Positions 1 to 13,689 of a stretch of 64,000 nucleotides of DNA are shown in pieces. Each line of letters opens with the position of its first letter. Position 1 is the first letter of the stretch. The notes beneath the pieces were generated by a model, which saw nothing but the letters and a program-made list of their open reading frames with translations, made no database searches and had not been told where the DNA came from. The stretch is from Takakia lepidozioides (lineage: Eukaryota; Plantae; Bryophyta): NCBI GenBank assembly GCA_030704615.1, contig CM060731.1:78864001-78928000 (forward strand), written 5' to 3'. Both the position numbers and the translations under genes were made by a program.

Positions 1-569
1 TCTAGTGAAGTCCCTTTTGTAGATGAAATTCTTCACACATCAGTACATGCAGTAGCCTTATGGCCATTGATCCCACAGGATACAATCCGTCCTAATTGTG
101 TAAGATTTTTTCTATTAAATTGCCATAGTTGTGACTGCAATCTCCTATTGGTGAGGTTGGGATTCACTCTTCCTGCTCCAGAGCATAAGAGGTATATTTA
201 ATTGCAAAAAGTGTGACCATCAAAGTAGTTCAAATTGTAATATTTCTTGAGAGTGGAACTGCAAATGTGATACTAGTGTAACCACCATCACTAATCTCAA
301 CATACCAACAGACTTTCATGATTCCTCTGCCACTAGTGACAGTCAAGAAGGCAATGATTATAAAGAATGGTCGATATCATGACTTCTTTGTAGCTCAATA
401 TGTAGATGCCTCAAACACAAGAATGTATGGATCGAGCAAGGTGAGATATATCATCCAGAGGAGAAAAACTAACATGCCGAGCATACCTCCAAGATGCCAG
501 GTACGTGATCCGACCAATTTGAATGGGCAAAGCAACATGGGTGCTGATGATTGCTACCATCAAATGTTT

Positions 570-635
570 TTTCTACTCAACACCCTTGTCAACATGTATG
601 TTAAGTGTGGGAGCATCATGGATGTTCGCCAAGAT
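570..635 (+). pseudogene. Small PLS-class PPR motif remnant
   Basis: NTLVNMYVKCGSIMDVRQ matches the PLS-PPR consensus NxLxxMYxKCGxxxxAxx. Confidence 0.5.
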
Positions 636-2251
636 TGTATATTAATGATACATGTATACAACGTCTACAACTCTGACAACCTATGCTATCTGAGGTTATA
701 TATAAGGTCTTATTGGTTATATGATATACTTATAAATGACCTACATAATATTGGGGGATACATGTACATTGTAAAAACCCTAATTGTCAACGTTTTTCAT
801 CCAGCACATGTGCATCATACAACGCACCGACATCATGATGATCACCTGAGATCATCAATGGACCATCCATCCATCCATCATCCATCAACCGACATCATCA
901 ATCATCCATTGACATCATCAATCATCCATCGACATCATCCACCGCACAAACATCATCTTGCGCACATTTAACATCCAAAACACCTTTATCATCGTGTGCC
1001 ATTTGTTTTTTATACTGCATTTTTTTGGAGAAGAGACCTGGCCAACTGCAAAGATGCCTTCATTCAGTGGTGGGTCCTCCATCATCGTGTGTCATTTGTT
1101 TACTGCATTATTTTATGAGCACGGACCCGAACAACAGAGATGCCTTCAATTAGTGGCGAGATGCCATGAATCAGCGTTGGGTCCTTGATCTGGTGGTCTT
1201 TTCTGAAGCCGTTGGGGAGAAGCTACTTATATCAGCCGACCATGTGCACTACGCTTCTACAAAGGCATCGAGGAAGGGAGTTTCACGGATTGGGGCATCC
1301 CGAGTGGTGCTGGTAGAAGTTCCCTGGAATGGAGCAGTTTGTCGGCAGGCAACCATCGGAGTTTTGTGAATCGGATAGTACAAAAAGGTTGTACTTTGCA
1401 AGACTGGTGGCCGCGCACACTACTATCATTTTGATGAATTGTGCATTTTTGGTCTCTTTCTGTACACACAGGCTTTAGAGCAAAATGCATGATTCATCAA
1501 CAGAAGCAGTGAGTTTTGAAACTGCTGTTTGACCACGCTACTGTTGGTGAGGGCTATACCTGTATGCTCCGGGATGTGAAGGAGAAATATAGGGACAGGT
1601 TCTTCAAACCTAGCCATCTTCCGGATTCTTGGACTAACAGCTGTTGTTTTTTCCTCGAATTCAAGGTAGGTTCTTCACCTATCATGAAGCTCCAGATCAA
1701 CCCTTCAACCTGCACAACACCTTAACAATAAACCGTAATATCTTAGGCACGGGGCACCAACAAGGTTGGTGGCACCACTAAGGGAGGCGTCGCCAGGTTT
1801 AGTTCAGATTGGCACAACCTAATTTCTGATAAATACACACAGATATATATATCTTTGAAAGCTTTTCCTTACATTTGATGTGGCTATTTTGTTCTATCTT
1901 TCTTAAGGTGAGTTCATAGTTTCCTAGGCTCTCACTCACTAGAAAGGTGTTCCAACACATATGCAATAATCAAATGAAGGACTTACCAGGATACCTACTG
2001 CGTTCAACAAGAATACATGCACATTTTTGATTTGTTAATTTGGGTCTAATAATGAGTATCCATATATCTGCCCTGGGTAAATTAAGTACCAATTATCAAA
2101 TACATGCCAAGTGCTCTTAGCTAGAATGTGCCCCGTTTGTGCAAACTTGATATTTTCTCCATAATGCTTGAGATTTGTGAAGAGATTGCAACAAGAGGAA
2201 GTGGAGGAGGCTCACAGCCAAATCCCAATACAAGAAGTTCCTTGCAGCCAG

Positions 2252-2975
2252 TGTCGTGCACCACACTTCGGTAAGCTCCCCTCCAAGTCATAGTTACTCG
2301 CTTTGATGTGCGCGCCTAACTCCCAACCTGGCCGCCGGGCCTTTTTGGAGCTTCGGCTGCTCACCGGGACATAACGGTCCCCCTTTTAATCTTCCAAAAG
2401 ACCCTCCACCAATTTGGCCCTAGTGGAAATTCCCTTTGGTAGATGGCAGTCTGGAATAGCTCTCCACTCCTTGGTCGCTTTCCGGCTCGCTCGCTTACTC
2501 ACTATTTTTGGTCACCAACGCTTGCACCGTTCTCGGGGTTACTACTCCCTATATATACTTCTGTGACTGTCCGTGGGGGTTTCACAAACAACCATGTCAT
2601 TTTATGGCGAACCACCACGAAGACCCTCGACTCCCGGTGATGAGTCGCGGTGAGTCTTGGCCCACCCACCACGGTCCCATTGGACCGTGATGAGTCCCAA
2701 GATTCCCCACGACTCCCACCACAAGGGCTCCACCCCATGGTAAGTCCTATGCCAGCCCCTCTACGTCTCGCTAAGCTACCACCACCTCTTGTGGAGCCAC
2801 CCCCACCGCAACCCGGTGTGCGGGGCTCCACCTAGTGAGCGCCTCCGCCTCCTTGAGTGCCTTGGGCACTCAAGGGTGCTTCAGCCCCCTGTACCTATCG
2901 CTGCCACTGCCCCCACCACAGGGGCAGCCCCTCCTACGTCCCGACCCCCTGCCCTCAAGGCAAAGGGCCGCGACA
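2252..2975 (-). repeat. 3' LTR of chromovirus (724 bp)
   Basis: Starts TG, ends CA; matches 8651-9347 with substitutions and indels; adjoined by the PPT complement CACCCCCCTACC at 2976-2987. Confidence 0.95.
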
Positions 2976-3871
2976 CACCCCCCTACCAACATGGAGTCGA
3001 TGTCCTCATCGACTTGTCCATTTTGTAGAAACGAACATCCAATTGTGGCGTCCCCATCAAGGAGTTTGTTTCCGTACCATGGCGTCCCATGGCAAAGAAC
3101 CAAACCCCACACTTGACTCTACTCTCCACTAGCTAGTTCGGCCGACTTCCTCCAAGTCCCGGCCAAGGGTGGAGCCTTTTAAGCCACACCCAGTGCACTC
3201 TTCTTGGCCTACTTCAAGGCCAAGGAACGATCCTATCCGAGGATCGAATCGCCTTACTGCAACAACATTGCTTGAAAACGCTCATGATGTCGCTTTTGGC
3301 ATCACCTTGAGCAAGGGTTCACCTTGAACCCTTTTTTACTAGGAAGATAACCTTGAACCAACGTGCGCCCAATCACTACAATTGGGTCCGCCTTGGAATG
3401 CTGGCCTGAGGTACGGGAACACGCCGAAGCCGCACTACGACTTTGTCCTGAGGCTACACGATTATAGTACATGAATGAAAGCACGTAGCTTCTGCGTTAG
3501 CCCGCACTACAAGACAACCCCCTCGGTAGCGCAGTTATAGTACGCGCACGCCCCAGGTGCGCACTAGCACGTGAACTCCCAAAGAAGACGCAAGTTTCCT
3601 TGCCCCTTGGATGGGAGTCACCCGATTTCGGCACTGCGCAAACACACGATTAACCCAATTTACCTCTCCCACTTTTGTAAGCTAGCATGCATTCTACACA
3701 CTAGCCAATCATACCATGCATCACCATTCCACACAAAATAGGACGCACAACATTTGGAAACCATTTCATTTATAACAAAATTTGTACAATACAAGTTTTT
3801 GCAATCGAATTCCTGGGCTAGCCAGGCTAAGCATGCATTTCCTCCCCCACGCTCCAAGGTTGATGTCCCCA

Positions 3872-6800
3872 TCAACGCTTCTTCCGCTTTTGAGGTCGCC
3901 CTTCGAATGCTGCAACCGCCTCGGATGCGTTTCCCATTTCTGAGGCCCGCACCCAAGATGCCTCCACATGATGATAGCTCTTCCATTTCACGAGATACTC
4001 TGTTTCTCGGTTCTTGAACCTCCTCGACTTAAGCACTGCCTCCACCTCGTACTCAGGTTCATTTTCATGATCCAATAGCACAGGTGGCAGACGCAACACT
4101 TGATGCCGATTCGGACATGCTTCATCTTTGAAGTAAGGCTTCGAAAGGGAGACGTGGAATACCGGATGCACCTTGCTGTTTGCCGGCAGCTCCAATTCAT
4201 ACACATCCTCATTCATAACCTTCCAGATGCGAAATGGTCCCGCATATGGAGGTACGAAATTCGGACTCACTTCTGAAGGTAGTTGAAAATTCTTGATGTT
4301 CAACCAATCCTTCGTGCCTGCCTCAAACTTAAGTTCCCTCCGCTTCCGATTTGCCTGCATTTCATACCGTTTCCTAGCTTTGGCAATGTTATACTTTGCG
4401 AGCTTCAACAAACGCTCGCGTTCTTCCAGTACCGCCGCTGCTGCCAGTTCTTCAACATCCTAGGCGGCCCAACTTGTCGGCACCAGAGGTGCTTTTCCAT
4501 AGACCAATACGAAAGGGGAAACTCCCGTTGCGGAGTGTTTTGTGTTATTATAACAGAATTCTGCCGCGTCCAAATGCTCCACCCAGTCTGATTGGTCTGC
4601 CGACACATAATTCCGCAAGATCTGCTTCACCACGGAATTCACTCTTCCGTTTGGCCGTCCGTCGTAGGTCGGAAGACGGTGCTCATCTTCAGCCTCGTCC
4701 CCATCTTCTTCCAAAGTGCCCTCCAAAATTTACTCGTAAACTTTGGATCGCGGTCCGAGACAATATCCTTTGGGAGTCCATGGTGCTTGAAGATGTGGGC
4801 GAAGTAAAGTCGCCCCGTCTCCTGCGCCGTTGCCGTCTCCTTGGTGGGGATGAAATGGCCCATTTTACTGAACCTATCCACCACCACCATGATCGCATCG
4901 AATCCTTTTGACAATGGCATAACAGTCATGAAATCCATCGAGACACTTTCCCAAGACCCCTTTGGAATCGGCAAGGGTTGTAACAGCCCCCTTGCTTTTG
5001 TACTCGTTCTGGTTTTGTTGGGCATGTGGTGCATGTCTTTGACATACTCCTCGGCCTCCTCCCTCAGTTTGGGCCAGAAATACTCTCTTCTTCAAGAGTG
5101 CCGCGGTGCGCTTGGCTCCGCGTGCCCGCAAGCGGACCATCATGACATTCTCTCAAGAGACTATCTCTGATCCCTCCCTTCGGCACGTAGAGACGCTTTT
5201 GCTTGTACCAGAGTAGTCCATTTAGCAAGTGGAACTGCGATTTCACCCCCATCCTCAAGTCCCGCATCATGGTCTTCGCCATCTCATCATTCTGGTAAGC
5301 CTTCCGGATCTTTCTTTGGAGCGTCGTCTCGCCCCTGTACACCAACATGAGCTGCTGCTTTCTACTTAGGGCATCAGCCACCACATTGTCCGTCCCTTTT
5401 GTAACTGGATCCACTTCACTCACCCCGCCAAAGTGGTCTTGCCACCTAAGTTTGTTTTTGGGACAACTGGGCTGCGTGGCAAAATACTTCCCGGACATTG
5501 CCGTGAATACCTTCACCGGATTGGAACCAACATAGTGGCGCCAAAGCTCAAGGCAATGCACCACCGCCTTCATCTCTTTCTCATGCGTCGGCCACCGTCG
5601 CTCCACTTCATTCAGTTTCTTACTTTTGTAAGCCACTGAACGTCTATCTTGCATAAATACCACCCTAATCGCGAAGTCCGACGCATCTGTATGAATCTCA
5701 AACGGACGGTTGAACTCCGGGATTTTCAAGACTGGAGCTTCCGCTATCCCTGCTTCAACTCGGCTATCCGCTGCTTCAACTCGGCAAAAGCTTGGCCACA
5801 AAAAGGTGTTCCATACCCATACATTTGGATGACACAGAAGGTCTGACAGCGGTCCCCGCGATCTTGGCAAAAATTCTCACTTTTGGTAATAGGAGGCGAG
5901 TCTAGGAAGGATCGCACTCCCGGAACCGAAGTTGGAGGCTCCCAGTCCAAGATCGCCCTCACTTTTCTGTCATCGATCCCATCCTGTGTAATCACATGCC
6001 CCAGGAACTCCACTTTTGTGACCCCGAATTCGCACTTTGAAGCTTTGGCATACAGCTTCATTTCCCGTAATTTCTGGAAACACCCTTTGAGGTGCTCCAG
6101 GTGCTCCAGGTGTTCCTCCTTTGTTTTCGAGTACACCAAGATGTCGTCGATGTACACGATCACAACGTCATCCAGCCACTCCTGAAAAAGGTTGTTCATC
6201 AACGTGCTAAAGGTCGCGGGTGCGTTGGTGAGCCCAAAAGGCATCACCAAGAACTCATATGAACCATACCTGTCCTGCACGCGGTCTTCTCCTCATCTCC
6301 TTCCGCCACTCGAATTTGATGATAGTCGGAGCGCAAATCGATCCGGCTGAAATACTTCGCTCCTGCCAACCGATCGAAAAGGTCGTCAATCCTTGGCAAA
6401 GGGTACCGGTATTTTATAGTCACCTTATTCAGAGCCCTGTAATCGACACACATTCGCAGCGCCCTATCTTTCTTGTTGCGATAGCACCAGGGCTCCGTAA
6501 TGACTTACCTCGCCGATGTACCCTTTACATTAGATCTTGTAGCTGAGTCTCAGCTGCACCAAGTGGCTACCGAGGTGCGCCTGGCAGGACTCCACCCGCA
6601 TTACCCACTTTGACGTACTTCTGTCCTTGAGTGGCTTGCAACCGCATCATTGATCCCCATATCATCTTGTTTTCAATCCCCTTGATCCAATTCGTGGCTC
6701 GGCTCGGCTATCGCCTTTCCGCTGGCTCACTTGTGTATCCATAAACTGGCGCAAGTGGGTCTGCCTCGGCATCACCTCAACTTGTGGTCAACTCCCCTTC

Positions 6801-8600
6801 GCGGTGGCAAGTTGCTTGGTAAATCCTCCGGCATCACATCCTGGTATTTCTCCAAGATCCCCTTGATCCAATCTGGGCTCGGCTCCCTATCGCCTTTTCC
6901 CTTCACTTGTCTTACATAAAGCAAAAAGTGGGGCTCGTGTGCCTCCTCCACGACCCACTCCCTAGCTGACAGAAGGTTTATTCGCCCTCCCACGAGTTTG
7001 GGCGTTTCCGACACTCGTAAAACTTCGCCACCATTCCCACACGGCAGCGTGACTACTGTCTTGCGGCCATCTATGACCGCTCCGGATTTGCTCAAAAAGA
7101 TCATCCCCAAAATGAGATCCACTCCATCGATCTCGCAAATGGTGAAGTTCTCACGTCCCTCCCAACTCCTCAGTTGAAGAGGAACATCGAACGCCAACCT
7201 CGTCGCCAATTGTGGTTTTTCTTTGGCAGCACGCACCTCAATAGAGGCCCCCACGTCACTTGTCGGGAGCCCCAGCTTTCGTGCCATTGCCGGTGTCATG
7301 AAAGAGTGCGAAGCTCATGTGTCCACCATCAACGACACATTAGTTCCAGAAATTATCCCATCCACGAACATTAACTGACTTCCTTTACGCAAGGCGCCAG
7401 TTTCCTGATACAACTCACAAGAGTAGTTGCCTATCTTGCAAGTCTTGGCGACCACCGCCTCCACCAAGCGGTTGATTGAATCTTTGGACAGCTCCGTGGC
7501 CGCCCAAGTCATGTTCAATTGTCGGGGTTTCGTGCACTTCTTAGCCATGTGCCCAGGCTCCCTGCAATTGAAGCACACTCCATCGAAGGTCGCCTTCTGT
7601 CCGTCATAAGCAGCCACACCTGCTTTTTATTTCGGAGCACCGGGTGCCGCCTTGACGTGTGAAGGCCCTCCATTCGATTTCCACGTGCCATTGTCGTCGC
7701 GTGGCCTATCCCACTTCTTTTCCGGTCGGAAGGAGTCACCCTCCCGCCGGGCCTTCTTGTGGTTCAGCTCCGAACGGCCTTGTCTTTCGCCCCTAGGGAC
7801 ATCCGAGAAACATTTAGCCCTCTCAATTGCCTCGTTCAAAGTCTTAGGTGACTTCTCCTCCAACTTCTGCCTGGCCCATGGGGCCAGTCCCGCCACAAAG
7901 TTGAAAACCATTTATGGTTCTGTCATGTCTGCGACTTCGAGCAATAACACATTGAAAGCCTGAACATATCCCCGAATGTCATCCGTTTGTTTCAAATTCC
8001 TCATCTTGTCACGGGCGAGCCAGGACGTGTTGAGGGGCACAAACTGTCTCTTCATAAGTTCCTTGAACCCACTCCAGTTCAAGGTTTCCGGGTTTGGACC
8101 TCGGTTGTGAAGGCGTTTCTGCCACCATTGTTGAGCATAGCCCCTCAAATAGGTGGGAGCCACTTCCACCCGATCCTCGTCACTCAACTTGGCCGCCCGG
8201 AAGTACTGCTCCAGCTCCAAGAACCAGGTGTTGAGTGCCTTCCGATTTCGGACGCCCTCGAAGGTGTCGGGTTCCTTAGGCTTCACCTTAAACTTTGTCT
8301 TAGTGGAAGTGGCATTAGCCGCCTTTAACACGTCTTTCAACGTTCCGCCAAACTGCGCCAACAACCCTTCCCAAAAGGCTTCTGGCATGGGAGACATCTG
8401 TTGGTCTGTCGGAGTTCTCAAGAATTCCTCGGGCTCCGACTTCTCAGATTCCTCCCGTTCTTGAGCGGCCTCGTTTTCAAAAGCATGCATCGCTTCTTCA
8501 AATGGCCGCTTCAGTGACACGTCGCCCCCATCGGGCTCACCAGGATCCTCATCTTTCGGGCCGTTCCACTTTCGCTTTGGCTTGTCTAACCCCATGATGA
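3872..8600 (-). pseudogene. Frameshifted gag-pol of chromovirus (gag, CCHC knuckle, protease, RT, RNase H, integrase, chromodomain)
   Basis: Gag 7627-8649; CFNCREPGHMAKKC at ~7530-7580; protease LMVDT/DLILGM at 6772-7330; RT YIDD at 5744-6453; RNase H TDASD at 5064-5870; integrase at 4405-5034; GPF plus chromodomain YEVEAVL..EYLVKWKSY..EASW and basic tail RPQKRKKR at 3872-4411. Many frameshifts. Confidence 0.93.
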
Positions 8601-8636
8601 GGCCGATCCCAAGGACGATCGCGTACTGAACTCTAA

Positions 8637-8648
8637 GCTCTGATACCA
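8637..8648 (-). promoter_or_regulatory. Primer binding site, tRNA-iMet
   Basis: Minus strand reads TGGTATCAGAGC, 2 nt inside the 5' LTR. Confidence 0.95.
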
Positions 8649-8650
8649 AG

Positions 8651-9347
8651 TGTCGTGCACCTCACTTCGGTAAGCTCCCCTTCAAGTCATAGTTATTCGC
8701 TTTGATGCGCGCGCCTAACTCCCAACCTGGCCGCCGGGCCTTCTTGGAGCGGTCCCCCTTTACTCTTCCAAAAGACCCTCCACCGATTTGGCCCTAGTGG
8801 AAATTCCCTTTGGTAAATGGCAGTCCGGAATAGCTCCCCACTCCTTGGTCGCTTTCCGGCTCGCTCGCTTACTCACTAGTTTTTGGTTACCAACGGGCTT
8901 GCACTGTTCTCGGGGTTACTACTCCCTATATATACTTCTGTGACTGTCCACGGGGGTTTCACAAACAACCATGCCATTTTATGGCGAACCACCACGAAGA
9001 CCCTCGACTCCCGGTGAGTCTTGGCCCACCCACCACGGTCCCATTGGACCGTGATGAGTCCCAAGACTCCCCACGACTCCCACCACAAGGTCTCCGCCCC
9101 ATGGTGAGTCCTATGCTACCCCCACTAAGTCCCGCTAAGCTACCACCACCCCTTGTGGAGCCACCCCCACCGCAACCCGGTGTGCTGGGCTCCACCTAGT
9201 AAGCACCTCCGCCTCCTTGAGTGCCTTGAGTGCCTTGGGCACTCAAGGGTGCTTCAGCCCCCGTACCTATCGCTGCCACTGCCCCCACCACAAGGGCAGC
9301 CCCTCCTGCGTCCCGACCCCCTACCCTCAAGGCAAAGGGCCGCGATA
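8651..9347 (-). repeat. 5' LTR of chromovirus (697 bp)
   Basis: Copy of 2252-2975; terminal CA has mutated to TA; followed by TSD GCCAG. Confidence 0.95.
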
Positions 9348-11791
9348 GCCAGGGCCTGTCAGGCCTCTTTCCACAATCGCAAACATTGTGTGGCCATCTC
9401 CTGATGATGAAGTTCATTTTTGGAAACAAAATAACCCAAAACAAGGTGATTCAAAGGCAGTTGCAGTTGACATGAGCTCATCTGTCTGAATAAGGATCTG
9501 GCATACATAATACACATGACATCAGAGATGGCCCTCTTGGCCAAAGTGGGGGGTTTAGGGGATGTGCTAACTGGTCCTGCTCTGGCATGACTTGAAAGGG
9601 GACATAAAGTGGAGGTGATGCTACCTTTTTATGAGAAGATACCTAAGGATGAGATCGAGTTGTTCTTGCCGTCTCATATTCATCATATCATAGGGGAGAA
9701 TTGGGTGTCCATTCACATTTATCGTGGTAAGGTCTTGGGAGTACCCATTCTATTTGGAGCCAAACAACCAATTTTTGAAGGGGTCACAAATCTATGGAGG
9801 GTCTTATGATGACCTGGAAGCATATATGTTTTTCAGCCGTGCCAGCCTTGAATGGATGCAGGTTTGAGTTGTTGCCCTTCACAATTTGATAACTTGACAT
9901 GTTTGCTCCATCAGTCCCTTGTGAAATCGATCATATTACAATTAGGTCAGAAATGGAATTCATGCTTTTTACAAAGCTAGATACTATATAGTGTAAAGAT
10001 TGTTCAGACAAAAGTGTGGCTAGTTTGATATTGCTGCAGTCCAGAGGCCCAAACATTCAACCTTAGGAACTTTGTTCATTTGAGACCACTAACCCATCTA
10101 TCTCACCCCACTTTTATCGTTCTTCTTATACACACAGATCAGAAGAACCCAACCAGACATAATTCATATCTATGAGTGGCAAATACTTGGCCTGGCAATG
10201 CTCTATTGGGACATGCACCACCACATATATGGTGAATATACTAGTTTCAGGCCCTGTAAGACTATGTTGTATGAGTTTAATCAGCTGGAAGTAATCTCTG
10301 CACAATGTTTTTTTCAAGAATGTATCTTCTAAAATATATGGTCATTATCCTGAATTATATCAAAATGTTAATGTCCACAGTAAACCTCGAAAATCTGGGC
10401 ATGTGCAACACTTTAAATTGCAAGATATGCTTTAAATAAAGACAAAATAAATTATGAACGCCGGAACAAATATGCAGTAAAAAAAACAACAATATTTTTT
10501 TCATGAAAACATTACAAATGAAAATCCAAACAATTTGAAATCTAAACCAATCAAAAACAGAGATAAAAGAGAAATCATGTAAACAACATTCATAATCCAA
10601 ATCTAGCTAGTAGTTGTATCAAAACGAGCCACAATTTCTTTCTCTTTTGATGGATCTTTTTTTAGATTTTTTTCCAAGGCAGTGTCCCCTTTCTTAGCCT
10701 CCATGGCTTGTCATGTGAGGTTATTTTTCCCTCAGCAATATATTTTGGTCTATCCCATACATTGTATTTTATTTGAAAAGAAAAACGAGCCACATAAGTT
10801 ACCCACCTAGGGTTGGTAGCTCGGTTGGATAAGTGCACTGTGTGTCACCCTTGCAGGGTTCAAATCATACCACTTTGGTCCTGCGGGTCCTGACCGGTTG
10901 GTCTGGGGGTGACGTTTCCCCCTTGTGTGCCCAATGCCTTATCTTAAAGGGGGTTAATTTTTCCCCTTCTCAAGGGTCTGAAATGTAAGCAGTCACTCCC
11001 AGGTTTCCTTTAAATATAATCTTAAAAAAAACATTACCCTAAGTTAGATGGGTGACATGGGCCCAAAGCTGAAAAAACCATTGGCCCCTAATAGAAAAGT
11101 CGATTCAAAAGTTGAGACAGATGCAAAATGGTTTCAACTCGACATGATCTTGTTACCTAACCTCCACCCAAAAAGACAACTGCTGCCCAATCCAAAAAAT
11201 CTTTAAATCCCAAAAATCTTTGTCGTTCAATGTGGAACATGATACATATTTATTATTAGGAACACAAATCTGTGAAGTTTTTGAAGGGTTTGGATGAAAT
11301 GATAACAACCATCCATCTTGAGAATTATTGAAAATAATATTTTGTCGATACTCTTATAAAGGTATCATGTCGAAGTTGGGATGTCTGTTTGATAGATGTT
11401 TAATATATCAAACTCTTATACGTTGATACTCTTATAGTGGTATCATATTTGATGTAGATACATAGCCATATTGGCACATTTTTATCACTTAGTACTTTGA
11501 CATATGTGCCAACTTCAATATGATTTTGTAGGTCAATCGTTTTTTTTCTTATTGTTTTTCTTTTTAGTTTCAAAACAAACACCAGCCCAAGCAATTGGCC
11601 CTTGAGGTGGGGAAAAAAAAACCCTTTCTTCGCCATGGAGGCATTATAGGGGTAGAGCCGAAGCCCAAAGGTAAGAGAGACAGATGACATGCTAATACAC
11701 GAGTGCCCCTCTTAGCCCAGCTGGGGCCTCCAAACCCTTAGTTGAACCACCGGTTGACCCCATTCACGTCGGTCATGCACACCATTTTTGG

Positions 11792-12395
11792 ATGATCTAC
11801 CCGGTACCTGACCCTCCATCACCTCGTCCAATCCGCAACCTCCTTAAAACCCTCACTAAAGAATCCAAAAAACAAGCCTCGACCTCTCTCAGCCATACCA
11901 AGCTTCATATAAAAAAATGGACCCCTTCCAATGTCCTGCACCATAATTTATCAAACCACTTCTGGAACTCCAAAGCCACCTCAGATGCACAAATAAGGCA
12001 AACACTCAAATTTAGATACGCCCAATATATGGGCCATCAATGCAAATACACCTTCTGGCCAACCCTATTCCCATCCCCACACTGCCCAATCTGCTCACAC
12101 CTTCATGCTAAACGTGATACCTGGCCTCGTATTCTCAGCGAATGTCCACACCCTGTCATCCACGGGTTGCGAATCGCTCGTCATAATCATGCCGTATGGC
12201 ACATCCACAAACTTCTCTTACAATGTAGTGCAACTAGATGGTTTATATTCATCAACGCTGGCACCTACCAGGGTCGACCTCCAGACCATACAGTACGTAC
12301 TTGGCTCCTTCCATGTATCTGTCAACCTTGCGGGTCCTGCACATGCCTCGCTAAACTATGCCCGGATATCCTCATAGTCCAGGGCCTCCCCGTTA
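11792..12395 (+). mobile_element. 3' fragment of an RLE-type non-LTR retrotransposon (Dualen/RandI- or CRE/R2-like C-terminus)
   Basis: CPIC...DTWPRILSEC (CCHC-like knuckle), then ARHNHAV, FINAG and PDILIV, the order typical of restriction-like endonuclease domains. Truncated by AT-rich DNA. Confidence 0.65.
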
Positions 12396-12479
12396 ACAAT
12401 ATTTCAAACATTTATAAGTATTTAAGTACAGAAATGCATTGACTATATATCTATACATCCAACTTATTGCACGACAATG

Positions 12480-13570
12480 AAATTTTTTGTACACATAAAT
12501 GATCAATATATAATAAAAGGTACATGTAAGAATGAACAGGGAATTGTGATATTTTATATGCATTTAAAAAGGCTGTTATTGGATAGATTTTAATTCAATC
12601 TGTCACATATTTGTAATTATTTTTAATACAAAATATTTCATTGCATATCTGTCAATACAAAAATTCCAAGTATTACGAACAAACTAGAAAACTATAGAGT
12701 ATACGTCCACACATGTTATTAGATCCAAATGTTCTTTATCACAATTCCTATGCATCCATCCTATACATAGGTTACTCATAATCTTCTTGAATTCATGGGA
12801 TACACATAAATGATCTATATAATAATAGCAAGTGCATGTACGAATGAATATTAAATTATGAAATCTTATCTGTATTTTAAAATAATTTTAAAATTTTAAA
12901 ATAAGAATGAACAGGGTATTGTGATATTTTATATGCATTTAAGAAGGCTGTTATAGAATAGATTTTAATTGGATCTGTCACATATTTGTAATATTTCATT
13001 GCATATCTGTCAATACAAAAATTCCAAGTATTACGAACAAACTAGAAAACTATAGAGTATACGTGCACACATGTTATTAGATCCAATTGTTCTTTATCAC
13101 AATTCCTATGCATCCATCCTATGCATAGGTTACTCATAATCTTCTTGAATTCATGGGATACACATAAATGATCTATATAATAATAGCAAGTGCGTGTACG
13201 AGTGAATATTAAATTATGAAATCTTATCTGCATTTTAAAATAAATTTGTTATTTTTTTATAATCCGGTCTCACACATCCTTGTATTTTTAATTAAAAATA
13301 ATTTATTGCAGGACAATGAAAATATTCTACTTATGAGACTCTGTACATATAAATGACCAATATAATAATAGAAAACACATGTAAGAGTGAACACTGAATT
13401 GTGATATTTCATATGCATTTAATAAGGCTGTTATAGGATATATTTTAATTCAATCTCTACCCCTTTGTGATTTTTTAATTCACAATATTTTATTGCATAT
13501 CTCATAATATAAAAATTCTAAGTAATACGAATAAACTAGAACACTATAGATTATAGGTCCACATATTAGA
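12480..13570. repeat. AT-rich tandem triplication (units ~375-480 bp), probably a non-autonomous element
   Basis: AAGAATGAACAGGG...TGTGATATTTTATATGCATTTAA recurs at ~12528, ~12903 and (diverged) ~13383, with long near-identical stretches. Confidence 0.8.
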
Positions 13571-13689
13571 TCTAGTTGTTCTTTCAATATCATCAAATTA
13601 TTACGTTATAGGCCAACATTCTTAAAGACAAAGTCTCATCATATTTGAATTATGCAAATGACCCTAAACCCTCTACGTATATGTATACA

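Larger units (their letters stand above)
2252..9347 (-). mobile_element. Full-length but decayed Ty3/gypsy chromovirus LTR retrotransposon, Galadriel-like
   Basis: Direct repeats 2252-2975 and 8651-9347 (TGTCGTGCAC...GGGCCGCGACA/GATA). 5-bp TSD GCCAG at 2247-2251 and 9348-9352. Minus-strand order is gag, zinc knuckle, protease, RT, RNase H, integrase, chromodomain. tRNA-iMet PBS and PPT are present. Clade call rests on the remembered resemblance of the gag (KPKEPDTFEGVRNRKAL) and RT ([29 protein letters not shown]) motifs. Confidence 0.95.
2165..9861 (+). pseudogene. Starch synthase (GT5; SS4/SS6-like) gene fragment, interrupted by the chromovirus
   Basis: After the 5' LTR the sequence reads NIVWPSPDDEVHFWKQ...IIHMTSEMALLAKVGGLGDVLTGPALA*LERGHKVEVMLPFYE...GSQIYGGSYDDLEAYMFFSRASLEWMQ|gt. 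This contains the KxGGL ADP-glucose motif, with stops and frameshifts. No downstream exons recognised. Confidence 0.8.

Noticed and set aside
318-971. 217-aa ORF with His-rich tail
   Set aside because: A composite of a PPR remnant and CATC low-complexity repeats.
2443-3132. Cluster of short ORFs, repeated at 8876-9475
   Set aside because: They lie within the GC-rich LTRs and have no protein motifs.
3505-3515. CACTACAAGA, resembling a CACTA terminus
   Set aside because: It lies inside the chromovirus 3' UTR with no subterminal repeats, partner end or TSD.
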